DNA of 64,000 nucleotides, taken from Octopus sinensis. Lineage: Eukaryota. The first letter of the stretch is position 1. Each line of letters starts with the position of its first letter. The notes below the pieces were generated by a model. That model saw nothing but the letters and a program-made list of their open reading frames with translations, searched no databases and was not told the origin of the DNA. Position numbers and translations under genes: made by a program. The DNA is taken from NCBI RefSeq assembly GCF_006345805.1, contig NC_043002.1, positions 620,001-684,000 of the forward strand, in the 5' to 3' direction. This document shows positions 39,740 to 52,666 of the stretch, piece by piece.

Positions 39740-40130
39740 TCTGAAGAATGTATGAAGGGTGGGTGAATGGGTCGGTGTGTCTGTCTGTCTATCTCTCTCT
39801 GTATATATATATATATATGTGTGTGTGTTTGTGGGAGGATGTGTGTGTGTCTATGTACACGTGAGCAAGTGTGGAAATGTATGTACCTGTGTGTATATGT
39901 CTACATGTGCGTGTGTGTTGTGTGTATGTGTTGTGCATGGAGGGTTGCTGGGGTGGAGGTATATATGCATTCATGCGCATGTTCGTGTGTGCATACATGA
40001 AAAGAAAAGAAGGATGAGATGGGGATGTGTGTGGGTGCGTTGTTTGAAATGTGTGTCACTGGGTGGGTGTGGTTGTGTATGCATATGTGTTGGCATGTGT
40101 ACACAGATGGAGTGGGAATGTGTATACGTG

Positions 40131-40171
<41 letters not shown>

Positions 40172-40330
40172 ATGTGTTCATAATATATAATATAATGAAA
40201 TTATTGTATACAGTGCACAGGTGCACCACAACTTGTCAGAGAGTGCATATAAAGTACATGCAGTAGTGTAGAAATGTCTGGAAAGTGAACAGTGTATGAG
40301 TCAGATGCATGCTTGTGTGTGTATGGAGGG
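39740..40330. repeat. TG/TA-rich low-complexity tract
   Basis: Direct reading. Confidence 0.85.
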
Positions 40331-40337
40331 GAGAAAA

Positions 40338-43300
40338 TCAGGTGTAGTGTTGGCAAATCTCAGGAAGCATGGAAGCCTTGAAGGATGCAGTGCTCCGACA
40401 ACTAACAACCGATGTCGGCAGTTTGTTCCACGCTTCAGCAACTCTTAGCATGAAAAAATGTTTCCTGAAGTCATGGGAGCTGTGCTGTTTTCTGACTTTG
40501 TAAATATGTCCACGGGTGTTAGATGGGTGGAGTTTGAAGAGGTGCTCAGAGTTATTGTTTGTACGATGGTTGATAATTTTATGGGTGTCTGCCAAGTCAG
40601 CTGCCAGACGTCGGAGTTTCAATGTGTCCATGCCCAGGGAAGTAAGGCGTTCAAGATATGGCAAATGCCTGATGGAGGGTATTCTTTTGGTTGCACGTCG
40701 CTGAACATCTTCCAGACGATTGATATCCTGGGCAAGATAGGGGTTCCAGACCGGTGATGCAAATTCCAGGTGAGGTCTTACCATAGCTATATAAAGCCGC
40801 AGATAGATAGCCGGAGAGCGGCTCACAAAGGATTTGGTGAGTGATGCCAAGACACCCTCAGCTTTCTTGACAATTTTAGCGATGTGTTTTGTCCAACGCA
40901 AATCACTGTCGACAATAACACCCAGGTCACGTTCACATGAAGACTTTTTGAGACTAGTGTTGTGGAGGGAGTAGGTGGACGCTGGGTTTCTCCTCCCAAA
41001 ATGCATGGTGGTACATTTGTCCACAGCCAGCTTGAGTTGCCAGTCCATGATCCACTGCTGCATTGTGTCCAGGTCTGCTTGCAATAGAGATCTATAGTGT
41101 ACAGGATTTGACCTCTTTATTTCGAGGTACAGCTTGATGTCATCTGCATATTTCAGCACTGTGGCATTCTTTAAGTTGGCATCTATGTCATTAACATATG
41201 CAACAAATAAAAGGGGGCCAAGAACAGATCCCTGTGGTACACCAGATGTCATCTCATAGGGCGAAGAGTGCTGTCCTAGAACTGTGACAACTTCTTTTCG
41301 GCTGAAAATAAAGGACTTTAACCAGTTATAGAGTTTGTCTCTTACACCCAATGCAGAAAGCTTCACCATAAGTCTTTTGTGTGGCACAGAGTTAAAAGCC
41401 TTAGCAAAGTCCAGGTAAACAACATCCACCCAGGATCCGCGATCAGTAATTTGGGTAACGTCCTCAAGAAACTCGATGAGTTGATTACAGCAGCTGGAGT
41501 TAGGAATAAATCCGAATTGTGACGGCTGGATGAGGCTGTGAGACTTCCAGAAGTTCCAGAAGGTTTCTCTGATACAGGATTCCATCAGTTTGGCGATGCA
41601 GCTGGTAAGACTGATGGGGCGATAGTTGACAGGCGATGTGCGGTCGCCTTTTTTGAACAGAGAGATGACACTGGCAGTTTTCCACTGTTCTGGAGTAACA
41701 CCATTGTCAAGACAGAATTGGAAGAATAGAGAAAGTTGGCTTAGAAGAAAGTACCCACCGCGTTGAGAAGTAGGTATGTAACACCATCGAGACCAGGAGA
41801 GGCATAATTGCGTTTATTCTTTAGGTGGCGTTGCAGCATTGCTGGTGTAAATTGCATAGTAGATATAGAGTCCGATGTCAGTGGTGATGATGATGGAACA
41901 TTTTGGTCTTCGACAGTAAAGATGCCGGCATAGCATCCAGCAATGATTTCTGCACATTCTTCGGGATTGCTAGTAATCTGTCCTGTGTGGGGATTGCGAA
42001 GGGGACCAACAGGAGAGTGGGGTCTCTGCTTTGAGTGCACATACTTCCAGAACCCTTTGCTGTCAGGGTTAGCTGCAATGCGTTGTTCAAATTCAAGCAC
42101 TGCCTTTTTTGTCACCTGCTTGAGGTGGTTGGCTGACCTATTGCGCTTTTTCCTGTTGCTCTCTGATTTGTGCAATTTGTATTCCCATTCAGCATTACGG
42201 CGTTCTTTCCTGGCAAGTTGGACTGCTGCAGTCTCCCAAATTGCACTATTGGGTGGTTTTTTGTGCTTGCGTGGTACTGATGCTGCACATGCTGCCCATA
42301 TTGAATTCAGTATAGTGTTCTGGAGTATAGTGTCTACATCTCCAGAGGCATAAAATTCGCGCCAGTTTGGGCGTTGCAGCTCAGTACAATAAGAGCTCCA
42401 GTTTGCTTTATTCCAGTCAAAACGGGCAATCTGAAGATGGTTGTGTTTTTTGTTACAACCAATCAGAGACAAGTTGGCCATGATCATGGAATGATCAGAG
42501 TCACCCAAAGGTTCTTCGGTAGCGACACTAATGATTGTTTCAGGAGAAGCGGTAAGTAGCAGATCCAAAGTGTTGTTACCCCTTGTGGGGGAGGTAACAA
42601 CTTGGGACCAATTTGAATTCAGCACCAGTTCAAGGAAATCGTCTGCACTTTGCGGCCAACGGAAAGCCTCCCAGTCAATCTCAGGGAAATTGAAGTCCCC
42701 CGCAATATACACATATGTGGCTGTTTTCATGGCAGTCGCCCTGAGGATATCAAAAAGCTGTGTGTCTTGGCGATAATTTGGAGGACGGTAAACGACTCCG
42801 AGCAGAAGTGTTGACATGGTCATGTGTATATTGCAGAAAAAAACTCCTGCTGAGATTGGTTCAAATCATCACAGGGGATTGCCGATAGACTTGATCGAAC
42901 ATAAATCATCACACCCCCTCCACGGCGATTAATGCGGTCTTTGTGGAACAGGTTGTAGCCGGCTATGCTGAAGACTCCATCACAGAGTGCAGAGTGTGCC
43001 CACGTTTCCGTGACTGTGATGAAATCTGGGTTGATACTTTTGACGTAGGAGACAAAAAGATGCACCTTGTTGCATAAACTACGGGCATTCAAGGACAGCA
43101 GTTTATATCTGGATTTCAGATGATGATATACAGGGGATGGCTGATTGTTCTTGGTTAGTTTCCCAAGATTTTTGCATTGCCAGTTGTTGTTGTGGGTGTA
43201 GTCTGCTCAGTCCAACTGGCATCCCTTATTCACGACTCACCAGACTTGACGAATTTCCAGATCTGCCCATCATCGTGGAGGCTAAAACTCTCCCGTGGCA

Positions 43301-43680
43301 CAGAGTTGCGATTTAGGGAAGCCATGGATCTTAGCTTTGGGCGTACATCGGGTGGTAGGCCAGGACGTGTTCTAAAGTTGATAATGTTGTCACGCCGAGC
43401 TCTGTCAGCAGCCAGATGGAATGTCCGCGCCTCAGTAAAGCCCGTAAACAACAGCCTGATCAGCCTGGGTTTAGATCCCGGTCGGCCAAGGCGGGAAGCA
43501 CTTTTTGGAGGGACACAGCTGAGATCCCTAGCTGTGTTTCCAATGAATGCCTGCAGATCTGCCACATCTTCCGGCACTCCAATGGCTATTAATTCATGAG
43601 TGGCCGGTTCAGCAACTCCCTCGATGCGCTGAGGTTCTGTACGAGCTACAGGTAAGTTGCTGAGCAGGGCACTCCGATAT
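40338..43680 (-). mobile_element. Long CR1-like LINE: ORF1 C-terminus plus complete APE-RT ORF2 with two frameshifts
   Basis: APE: NARSLCNK, TETW, VYRPPN, AGDFNFPEIDW, TRGNNTLDL, SDHSMI. RT: SPGLDG, NYRPISLT, QFGF, YLDFAKAF, GVPQGSVLGPLLF, YADD, RPHLEFASPVWNP. Frameshifts near 42835 (T7 run) and near 41760. Confidence 0.95.
43230..43680 (-). CDS. 5'-truncated ORF1-like remnant of the CR1-like LINE
   Basis: RLGRPGSKPRLIRLLF...RTRPGLPPDVRPKLR; lies immediately upstream of ORF2. Confidence 0.55.
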
Positions 43681-43989
43681 GACCCTTCGCTGTGAGTTTT
43701 TGGACAGACACTGGTTCATGTACATGTGTGGGAGTGCATGTGTGTGTGTGAGGCAGGCGTGTGATAGTGTGTGTGCAAGTGTGAGTGGTATGTGGTATAG
43801 GAATATAAAAAATATAAAATGAAAAATAAAAACTAAAAATTAGTAATAATAAAAAAATGAAAAAGATTATGTGAACAAATCAGTAACAGAAATAAACATA
43901 AATTAAAAATTATGACAAAAAAAATAATGAAATAAAGAAATAAACGAATAAAAATATGACAGAGTAAGAGGGGTGGGGGAAGTCACTGA

Positions 43990-45030
43990 GAGGAGGGGGG
44001 GTTGTGTTGAGTCAGAAAGGAGTTTAAGTATGTAGAGTGAAAATGTAACAGTGTTCCAGATGGAGTCTAGAATTGGTGAGTCCATGGTGTAGGGCAAGGC
44101 CGGAGATAGTGAAGTTTGAAATGAAGTAGTTGGTCAGGTGAAAGTGATGGGCAACGGAGACAAACTTTTCGTAGGTGTTTGGTGAATGGGTCAGCTCTCT
44201 GGTGGCCCATCTGACCGACTGAAAGTTTATTGCAGAGACTGCACCTGATGCAGTGGATGAGGCTTGAAGAAGTGCAGGAGAAGGAGTTCCTAGTGTAGAG
44301 GGTGGGGCTGGTTGGATCCAGTGAGGGAGGTGGTGTTGGGGATGAAAGGACAGGTAGAACAAGGGAAGGACCTAGGAGGGGGGAACGTGCTATGGACCAG
44401 TAAATTGCATAGGTTACGGGCACATTTGGAGGAGGGCAAGGGTGAGTTAGGGAAAATAGGGAGGGTGGTGGGATCTAGCTGGAAGCGACAGGAAACCTGC
44501 AGGATCTTCCGATGAAGGGGATGGGAGGAAAGGGAGGGAGATGGGGATGTGGTTGGGGGATTGGTGTAGGGAAGGAGAGAGGGCAGTAGTACGAATGATT
44601 TGATGAGTGCGGGTAAGGGCAGTTTGAACAAGGGTGGATGGGTATCTATGACGCATGAACAAGAGGGCCAGGTATTGGGACTGAGTCTCAAAATCCTGGT
44701 CTGGTTGCACAGGTATCAGAGGCGGAGGAACTGGGAGCAGGGTTGGCTCGTTTGGTTTGGGCGGGATGGGAAGAGGAAACTTGAGGTAGAGGTAGGAGTC
44801 TGTGGGTTTGAAGAAGGCGGAGGTAGTGAGAGAGTCGATGGGGAGATCAATGGAGAAAGAGATATCCGGGAAGTTTGCAGAAGTATCAGAGAGATGGTAG
44901 AGGTAAATTTGAAAGAAGGGCAGAAGTTAGAAACAAAAGAGATGAAATTGGGAAACTGGTCATGGGAGAGGGAGGTGGTTCCTATACAGTCATCTATATA
45001 GCAACTGTATAGCTCTGGGGTCAGTCCAGA
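43990..45030 (-). mobile_element. Penelope-like retroelement 3' fragment (RT thumb plus GIY-YIG)
   Basis: QFLRL...QDFETQSQYL...RHRYPSTLVQTAL; FSCTSSSLIHCIRCSLCNKLSVGQMG (decayed YVGQTG); VAHHFHL. Confidence 0.85.
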
Positions 45031-45061
45031 GAACTGTGAGAAGATTTGTGTGTGTATGTAT

Positions 45062-45428
45062 ATATATACATATATATATATCTGAGACCCCCCCCCCTTC
45101 AGTCACGACACAGACCATGAGATTGCACCTAGAAAGTTACCCTCCCAGGCACAAGTCCAGGAAAGGTTGTTTATTGAAGACCAGCAGTCACCCATGCATA
45201 CCAGCCTCCCCTCTCCACGCCACCAGTGTTATCCAAGGGAAAGGCAAAGGGGCCGATACAGCTTGGCACCAGTGACGTCGCAACTCATTTCTACAGCTGA
45301 GTGAACTGGAGCAACGTGAAATAAAGTGTCTTGCTCAAGAACACAACACACACCCCGGTCCGGGATTTGAGCTCACAACCTCATGATTGTAAGCTCGACG
45401 CTCTAACCACTGAGCCATGCACCTTCAC
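45062..45428 (-). mobile_element. tRNA-derived SINE (third family)
   Basis: Head GTGAAGGTGCATGGCTCAGTGGTTAGAGCG...GAGCTCAAATCCCGGACC; TTCTTGAGCAAGACACTT. Confidence 0.8.
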
Positions 45429-45444
45429 ACACACATATATATAT

Positions 45445-45815
45445 TGTGGCACATCATTGGTTACGACTACAAGGGTTCCAGTTGATCTGATCAACGGAAC
45501 AGCCTGCTCATGAAATTAACGTGCATGTGGCTGAGTACTCCACAGACACGTGTACCCTTAAAATAGTTCTCAGGGAGATTCAGCATGACACAGAGTGTGA
45601 CAAGGCTGGCCCTTTGAAATACAGGTACAACAGAAACAAGAAGAAAGAGTGAGAGAAAGTTGTGGTGAAAGAGTACAGCAGGGTTCGCCCCTCCCCCCCA
45701 CTGCCTGAGTCTCGTGGAGCTTCAAGTGTTTTCGCTCAATAAACAACCACAACGTCCAGTCTGGGAATCGAAACTGCGAGTCCGCTGCCCTAACCACTAG
45801 GCCATTGCACCTCCA
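45445..45815 (-). mobile_element. tRNA-derived SINE
   Basis: Head GTGGAGGTGCAATGGCCTAGTGGTTAGGGCAGCGGACTCG...TTTCGATTCCC; same family as 6540-6752. Confidence 0.8.
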
Positions 45816-45958
45816 CACACACACACACATATATATATATATGATGACAACACATACATACAAATATATATATATATATATATACACGTCCATACATATG
45901 CACACATACATACACACACACACATACACATATTCAAATATACAAATGTATGTATATA

Positions 45959-46520
45959 CATGGCATGATCAATAAGTATCCGGACTGTTGCCATAGTAAC
46001 AAAGCTAATGTATGCAGAGTGAAACTGCTTCCCAAAGATTGACCTTCGCCTCTGCTGTACATGCACACTAAGTTTTAACACTCTAACTCATCTCTGCTGT
46101 TTACAGCTGTACTTGGAAGTAAGGTGTGTAGCATGTGATCATTGCATTGACCATAACAGAGAAAGCTGTCATGGCGATACCTACTCAGAGGCCTACACAA
46201 AGTTGCAGAAAGTATATGGGAAGGAGTGTAGGAGCCGCACACAAGTGTACAAGTGGTTCAGACATTTCCAAGATGGCCGAAAAAATGTCGATAGTGACGA
46301 ACATTCTAGGAGACCCGCAACCAGCAGAACTGAGGAAAACATCGCAGATGTATGTGCAGCTGCGAAGGGAAAACCTCAAATCACCATCCGTGAGTTATCA
46401 GAGGATATGCAGATTGGTTATGGTTCAGTTCAGTCCATTATCATTGAAGATTTGGGTATGAGACAGCTGTCTGCCAAGTTTATGCCAAAACTACTTTCAG
46501 CTGGTTGTGCTGAGAATGAT
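45959..46520 (+). mobile_element. mariner 5' half (TIR plus HTH region)
   Basis: TIR ATCAATAAGTATCCGGAC; EAYTKLQKVYG...QVYKWFRHFQDGR...RPATSRTEENI...SAKFMPKLL. Confidence 0.85.
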
Positions 46521-46524
46521 GTAA

Positions 46525-48668
46525 ACATTTTATAAAACTTTGCATCAACATCTGAGCAGGTATCGCCAAGCTTTTGGCAAAATTTGATGCAGATTCTCTG
46601 CTCTACTTTCTCTGTCATGGTCAATGCGACAAACACACCCTATACATGTTACTTCCAAGTTTAGCTGTAAACTGCGGAAGTGAGCTTGAACAGTGGTTCC
46701 CAAACTATGAGTCGCGAACGGAATCTTAGAGGGTCGCAAAAAGTTATAAAGAAGATCCATGACCACGTTGCATCATTTGTTATGAACAACTTGCAAATGA
46801 GAGCATGCGTCCAAACAAATTGCGTCGTCATCTTGAGACTAAGCACTCAGAGTTAAAAGACAAAGCGTTATGCAACATTACACCAAAGCAAATGAAAAAT
46901 CTTTGTACGTGTCTTACTTGATCAGTTTAAGAATCGCAAAAACTGGTAAGCCACACACAATTGGGGAGACTTTAGTTCTTCCAGCTATAAAAGATACAGT
47001 TAAAGTTTTCTTTGGTGATAAGAGTGAACAAGAAATTGAATCAATTCCTATTTCTAATAACACAGTCATGCGTAGAATTGATGAAATGGATAGAAAATCA
47101 AGTTATTGAACGGATTTGTGGAAATCTTTTTTTTTCTTTACAACTCGATGAATCTACTGACGTACAAGGTTTGTGCCAGCTACTTGTTTTTGTATGTTAC
47201 ATATGGAACTTTGTACCTCATGAAGATATGTTGTTCTGTGAACCTGTCAGTCGAAGTACCAGCGATGAAATTTTTAATACAGTCGATACTTATATTAGAG
47301 CAAAAAATCTTGATTGGCAAAAATGTGTCGGAATACGTACAGACGGCGCACAGGCTATGTGCGGTAGAAATAGCGGTGTGGTGACCAGAATACTTGAACT
47401 TAATCCCAATGCATCATGGGCTCACAGTAACCTTCACAGGGCAGCGTTAGTATCAAAACATATATCTGATAATTTTGAAAATGTTTTGAATACTTCAGTC
47501 AAAATAGTGAACTTTATTAAGTCAAAGCCTTTGCAATTGTGCCTATTTGAGAAGTTGTGTGAAGAGATGGGAAGCGACTATAAATCACTTCTTTTGCACA
47601 CAGAAATATGATGGCTCTCTAGGGGAAAAGTGTTAACAAGACTTGCAGAACTCCGCGAAAAAGTAGCTATATTTTTAGAAGATAAAAGCGATTTTGCGAA
47701 ATATTTGTGCGATGAAGAATTTGTTCTGAGGTTTACGTATTTAGCTGATATTTTTTCGAAATTAAACGACCTGGATTTGTATTTACAAGGAACAGAAGGT
47801 ATCAGTATATTTGCAATTCATGAGAAAATTCGAGGTTTTAAGAAAAAACTTGTCTTGTGGAAAAATCGTAATAACAACCGAAATTATGACTGATTTGAAA
47901 CATTTGAAACTTTTGTAATGGAGAATAAAGCAAAAGTTGATGATGGTATAATCATTGAGATATCTGAACACTTGAATAGGTTAAATGAAAGTTTTGAATT
48001 TTATTTTCATAAAGAGATGAATACTATGCGACAGAAAAGATGGATTATGAACCCCTTTCAGCCAGACGTGACGACTGGAATATCAAGAAAAGCCGATGAG
48101 GAACTTATCGATTTATCCGAAGACTCTTCCTTGAAAATGACTTTTAACACCCGAGAATTGGTACAGTTCTGGGCGTCTCTTCTAACCTCGTACCCAATCG
48201 TTTCCACCGAAGCATTAAAAGTACTTCTCCTTTTCATGTCATCTTATATTTGTGAAGCTGGATTTTCAGCAATGGTTGGGATTAAAAGCAAATATCGAAA
48301 TAATCTGCATCTCTCAAATTCTTTACGCCTGAAACTATCACGCATTGAACCAGGTGTTAATTCTCTTATTGAGCGTAGCAAGAAACAGGCTCATCCTTCT
48401 CACAGGCCTCACTGAAGATGTAATCTGAAATAAATTTGTGAATTTCATTAATGTTTTTACTCAGTAGAGTTAAGTGGGTCGTCATAAACTGGTGTGATAA
48501 ATAGTGGGTCGCGACTCTAAAAAGTTTGGGAACCACTGAGCTAGAATGTTGAAACTTAGTGTGCAAGCACAACAGAGTTGAAGTTCAGCCTGTGCCAAGT
48601 GGCTTCACTTTGCATGCTTTAGCTTCGTTACTATGGCAACCGTCTGGATACTTATTGATTAGACTATA
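46525..48668 (-). mobile_element. Second mariner 5' end in inverted orientation, split by the hAT insertion
   Basis: TIR TAATCAATAAGTATCCAGAC at 48645-48662 (minus); MTEKVEQRICIKFCQKLG at 46560-46620; continuous once 46691-48546 is removed. Confidence 0.8.
46691..48538 (+). mobile_element. Buster/Charlie-type hAT transposon, both ends intact, transposase disrupted
   Basis: TIRs CAGTGGTTCCCAAACT / AGTTTGGGAACCACTG; 8-bp TSD AGCTTGAA / AGCTAGAA; MRPNKLRRHLETKH, LQLDESTDV, TDGAQAM, WLSRG, YLADIF, SSYICEAGFS. Confidence 0.95.
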
Positions 48669-48762
48669 GATATATATGTGTGTGTGTGTATGTATATGTG
48701 TGTGTATGTGTATGTTTTATTTTACTGAACTCTCATTTGTTGTTCATGACAGGAGAATCCAT

Positions 48763-48803
<41 letters not shown>

Positions 48804-49429
48804 TCAAAGTGCACAGTATTATATACCCATATGGTCGATCTTACCAATCTGTCTTAACACTAGGGATTCAACAGAGTATTAGCTAAGGGTCTGATTATGT
48901 AACCCTGCACTCATCAGAGGTAGCTGTTATGGAATGAAATATGGCAACCGTTCTGTATTGTAAGAGGTAAATAGACACATCTGATTTGTGGTTGTCAAAA
49001 AAGATGATGAAACTAAGTCATCGGAGGAACTGAGTTAAGAATTATGTCCCTTGGTACCAAAATATCGCCACTGGGAGAGATTATGCTGCAAGTTGGTAAG
49101 AGTTTTCTGGAAAAGTTTGTGGGAAATGTGTTTGTCTTGAAGTCTGGTGTTCTTATGGAAATGGAATGGGTGCAGTGGTACTCTATGTATAACCTTTGCA
49201 GTAGGGGTTTCGGTATACACATCTGTGCTTGTTAGTGTGTTTTCTTTTTTTTATATTAAATTCATGAGGCCTTTACGTGTGAATGCAATGTGTATAGGGG
49301 TATAATGTGTGTGGGAGCTTATATTGGGGGTTGGGGTGGGGAAATGTCTATTAGATAGTATCCGCTGTGTTGGGGCACGTGTATTTGTTTGTGAGTGCGT
49401 TAATGTATGTCCTGGTTAAACCCTTTACT

Positions 49430-50340
49430 GGACTCTTATGTGTTGGTGGAGGGCCAAAGTTGGATAACTGGTGATTATTGACATGATGGGGCATGCAGGT
49501 ACGATAGGATGTACTTCCTTTCATGTGGACAAGAATTACAAATGTCACTTCTGTATTCAGGTATTATATGCCTGGCTGTTGGGTGCTCTTTAAAATTGCC
49601 CTTTTCTCAACCAAGTACAACCTGTACTTTATGCTGCTATTGAAGTACACTTTACATTTCTCTAGAACCTTCCACTTTATGCAGTTCTTAGTGGTGCTTT
49701 CTTTCAAAGACTATATGTGCTTGGCCTGAGTTGTGGCATTGGGTCCCTCTGAGATGTTGAACGAGGATTTGTGGTTGTTATATGAGGTTCTGATGGAGCC
49801 TTCAGCTGCAACTATGTTACTTTTGCATGTTTGGTTGCCCATGTGGTCCTGTGGCTGTTATCCCTGCCTCATATACAATGATCTCTATGTTACTGTGACC
49901 ATTCAGTGGACATGTAGTGTCCTCAACACTAACTTCTTTCTCAAAAAGTTGATTATGGGAATGGAATTGTGGACTGGAGCATTGTGCTGGTGTATTGTGG
50001 ACTGGTGCAGTTGCTCTGGCCCTTTGCCATGAAATCTCTTCCTGAACTCCCTCAAAACCTCCACAAAGTGCTCTTTGCTGACTGTCAGGAGGGAATCCAG
50101 TGGCTGTAGATGACACACTTGCTGTTGAAGAAGAGTCATTGTGAGCTTCCCAGGGGACTTGATTTGTCTGACCCCTTCAACCAGATACTCTTGGCTCATT
50201 TGAATTGACTCATAAGCAGTCTTGCACATTTCATAAGTTTCTGTAGTGATTTTGCAGAACAAATTTCCAAATTGTCTTCATGTCCTGATTGCATTCTGCA
50301 CATCAGTCAGCTGTGGTAAGCCATGTTCCAAACGTTGTTA
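49430..50340 (-). mobile_element. Penelope-like GIY-YIG relic preceded by a low-complexity S/T/Q-rich segment
   Basis: CPLNG...IIVYEAGI; AEGSIRTSYNNHKSSFN; AKHI*SLKE...IKWKVLEKCK.Y.N...RL.L.EKRAIL...LN. Confidence 0.75.
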
Positions 50341-51428
50341 CCGCCATCGCCTTCAATCTAGAATAACAAAGGCTGGCAGGTCGGCTTATTACATGTATAG
50401 TAATAATAGGCTAAAATTGCAATAATCTAGGACAACTCTGTTTACCTGTCCTAAAAACAAAAAAGTCTCAAAACTTCTGGAATGCACCTTGTAGACGTGA
50501 AGCAAGAAACAATCTGCTTGCCAAGGCCGTAGATGCCCTTACTCCACATGAGGACTATTTGACGCATTTCTTTATTTCACTGAATCTCTTGCTAACATCT
50601 TTCATACAGGACATTCAGAAGACTTGATTCAGTTCCATTCCAGAAACAGAAACGAAGATTTACTGAGAAATTCTACAGAGATTATTAACTGCATCTTCAA
50701 GTAAAGAGAGAAAATGTCTGACAGAAAAAAGAAGGTTTTTCATACACAGCTTTGTGCTTAATGCAGTTTTGATGAGTTAAAGAAAGCTAACCGATTAAGA
50801 AACGGCCTTCATAAATATTGAAACATTGTTCTTCTCAACTAAAAAACAATAATTTCAGATATGTTAAAAAAACATGAAAAACAGGTGAACTATATTTTTG
50901 AATCTCAAATTTTGGCAGAAAGTTGAAAATGTTTTCCAATAATTGAAGTAATTTACATCAATATACCTTGTGGAACTAAATGTAACTTTGCCATCCATGC
51001 CAGCATGGAAGATGGATGGTAAAAAATGATGATGATAAGCATGAAGTCATAGCAACTACAGCACACTGTTCACATTTATCTTCCTGCTTCTGCCATGGTT
51101 ACTGCCAGACTCTACAGAAAAATAGCTTGGTAAGTAAAGAGAAATCAAGACTGCATATTCATAATTAGTGTAAGACTCACAATTAGTGGCAGGCATGGCA
51201 CAACTGATGTGAGGAATCCTGCCTTAACTACTTGCATGCAACAAATCTCTTTGATTAGAGTTGGAACAACAAACAACAAATAATATTTCAAAAATAATAA
51301 AGACATCCATAAAAGGTAGGGAGAAAAAAAAATTTTAGTTTAATATTTTAACAGAAATTTCCTCTTCATTTGTTTATTTGATGTTCAGTCTAATGAAATA
51401 ATTAGCAAATATTCTTCAATAAATTTCT

Positions 51429-51589
51429 TCAAGTCTTGGTTGAATTCTTGCTTCCTTTTTGTATTTTATTGTCATTGCTGTTCTCACAGTTATCATCTTC
51501 ATCGTCTTCCTCCTCCTCATCATCATCATCTTCATCATCACTGTTGCTGCTACTGCTGCTTTCACTGCTAGTGCTGCTCTCACTTTCTC
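51429..51589 (-). CDS. ERICH2: ERICH2-like protein, terminal coding exon (acidic Ser/Asp/Glu tail)
   Basis: Acceptor TTAATTTTCAG; phase-1 start; (G)ESESSTSSESSSSSNSDDEDDDDEEEEDDEDDNCENSNDNKIQKGSKNSTKT*. Confidence 0.85.
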
Positions 51590-51855
51590 CTGAAAATTAA
51601 CACATTCTTGTTGTCAAAGAAACACACAAACAGTGTATACAATTGATTTTGTATTAAATGTTATTTCGTATAATTATGACATGATTTTGGAATTCAATTA
51701 TGTGTTTATTTACTTGTTGGGTCTCTAGAGAATTAACAAGATCCTGGCCAGACACGTGTGCAATACAAGTTTGATTCCAAATCAAAAACTGTTTCTCTTT
51801 GTAACCAAAGCCAGACTAAACATTTACCGTTAAGGAAACTTGATATTATACGTAC

Positions 51856-51927
51856 CTTTTTGAGTCATTTCTTTTAGTAATGGCTCGAACTGAAGAGCAT
51901 CATTGTGATTTGGGTTATAAATAAGAA
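51856..51927 (-). CDS. ERICH2: ERICH2-like protein, 72-bp exon
   Basis: Acceptor CTTTTTATTTTCTTATCAG, donor GTACGT; (I)LIYNPNHNDALQFEPLLKEMTQK, compare human ERICH2 ILIYEPENPEAKEFFTLIEEM (from memory); phase 1 to 1. Confidence 0.85.
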
Positions 51928-52608
51928 CTGATAAGAAAATAAAAAGTTGAAACGAGGAAATCTTTTTGAATATCATTTTCTAAGATTATTTTGTGTTTAA
52001 AATTATCATCTTTTTTAATCAATTCAATAATTTTCAATTTGATTATCATCTTCTCTTTTTACATCCTTTTCATATTGAGTACAATTAAGCCTGTATTCAA
52101 ACAATATATTGTTGAGTTTCTATATTACAAGTCCATGCTATACGAAGGAACAGTCTTTAAGATAACCTGGCATGATGCTTGCCAATAGCGCTGGCTTGAA
52201 GCTGTGCAATGGCCATGGAATGAGATTCTTTGGGAAATTTCACATATCTAGAAACAGTTATGATATGTAGGAAGATAACACGATAATATTGAGACATTCC
52301 TAAACCATTTGCCGTATGTTCTCTGTAATAAATGTTTATAGCTGCTAACGACTACAAAATATTCTTCATAAGCATCAAAATACTGTGTTTTAATCAAAAA
52401 TAAAGGAATAACTCAAAGTTACCAAATGCAGAAGGTTGATTTAGTTCTACGGTTGTATATCAATGATTAAAATAAATCACTTGCCTAAACAAAAATTTAG
52501 AAACTGTTTTAGAAATCTGCTGAGATAAATCTTGGAATTGTTCATAGGAATACAAAAGAAAAAAACTCATCAAGAAGAAATAAGAGAAAACAATCATTTT
52601 GTACTTAC

Positions 52609-52666
52609 TCATTTGGCATAACTTAAGGGCATTGTGATAATCGTGATTCATAAGACATCCAACAAA
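52609..52666 (-). CDS. ERICH2: ERICH2-like protein, 58-bp exon
   Basis: Acceptor TTTTTCTAG, donor GTAAGT; FVGCLMNHDYHNALKLCQM, compare human FLRAEMAREYQLAKKLCQM (from memory); phase 0 to 1. Confidence 0.85.

Noticed and set aside
45380-45428. tRNA genes at SINE heads (also about 24650-24700, 33917-33975, 45760-45815)
   Set aside because: They continue into SINE bodies and lack a complete acceptor stem
50400-50900. Possible hAT-like transposase remnant; similar vague DNA-transposon-like text at 15110-15600, 24820-26350 and 33300-33600
   Set aside because: Too degraded; no TIR pair or catalytic motif established
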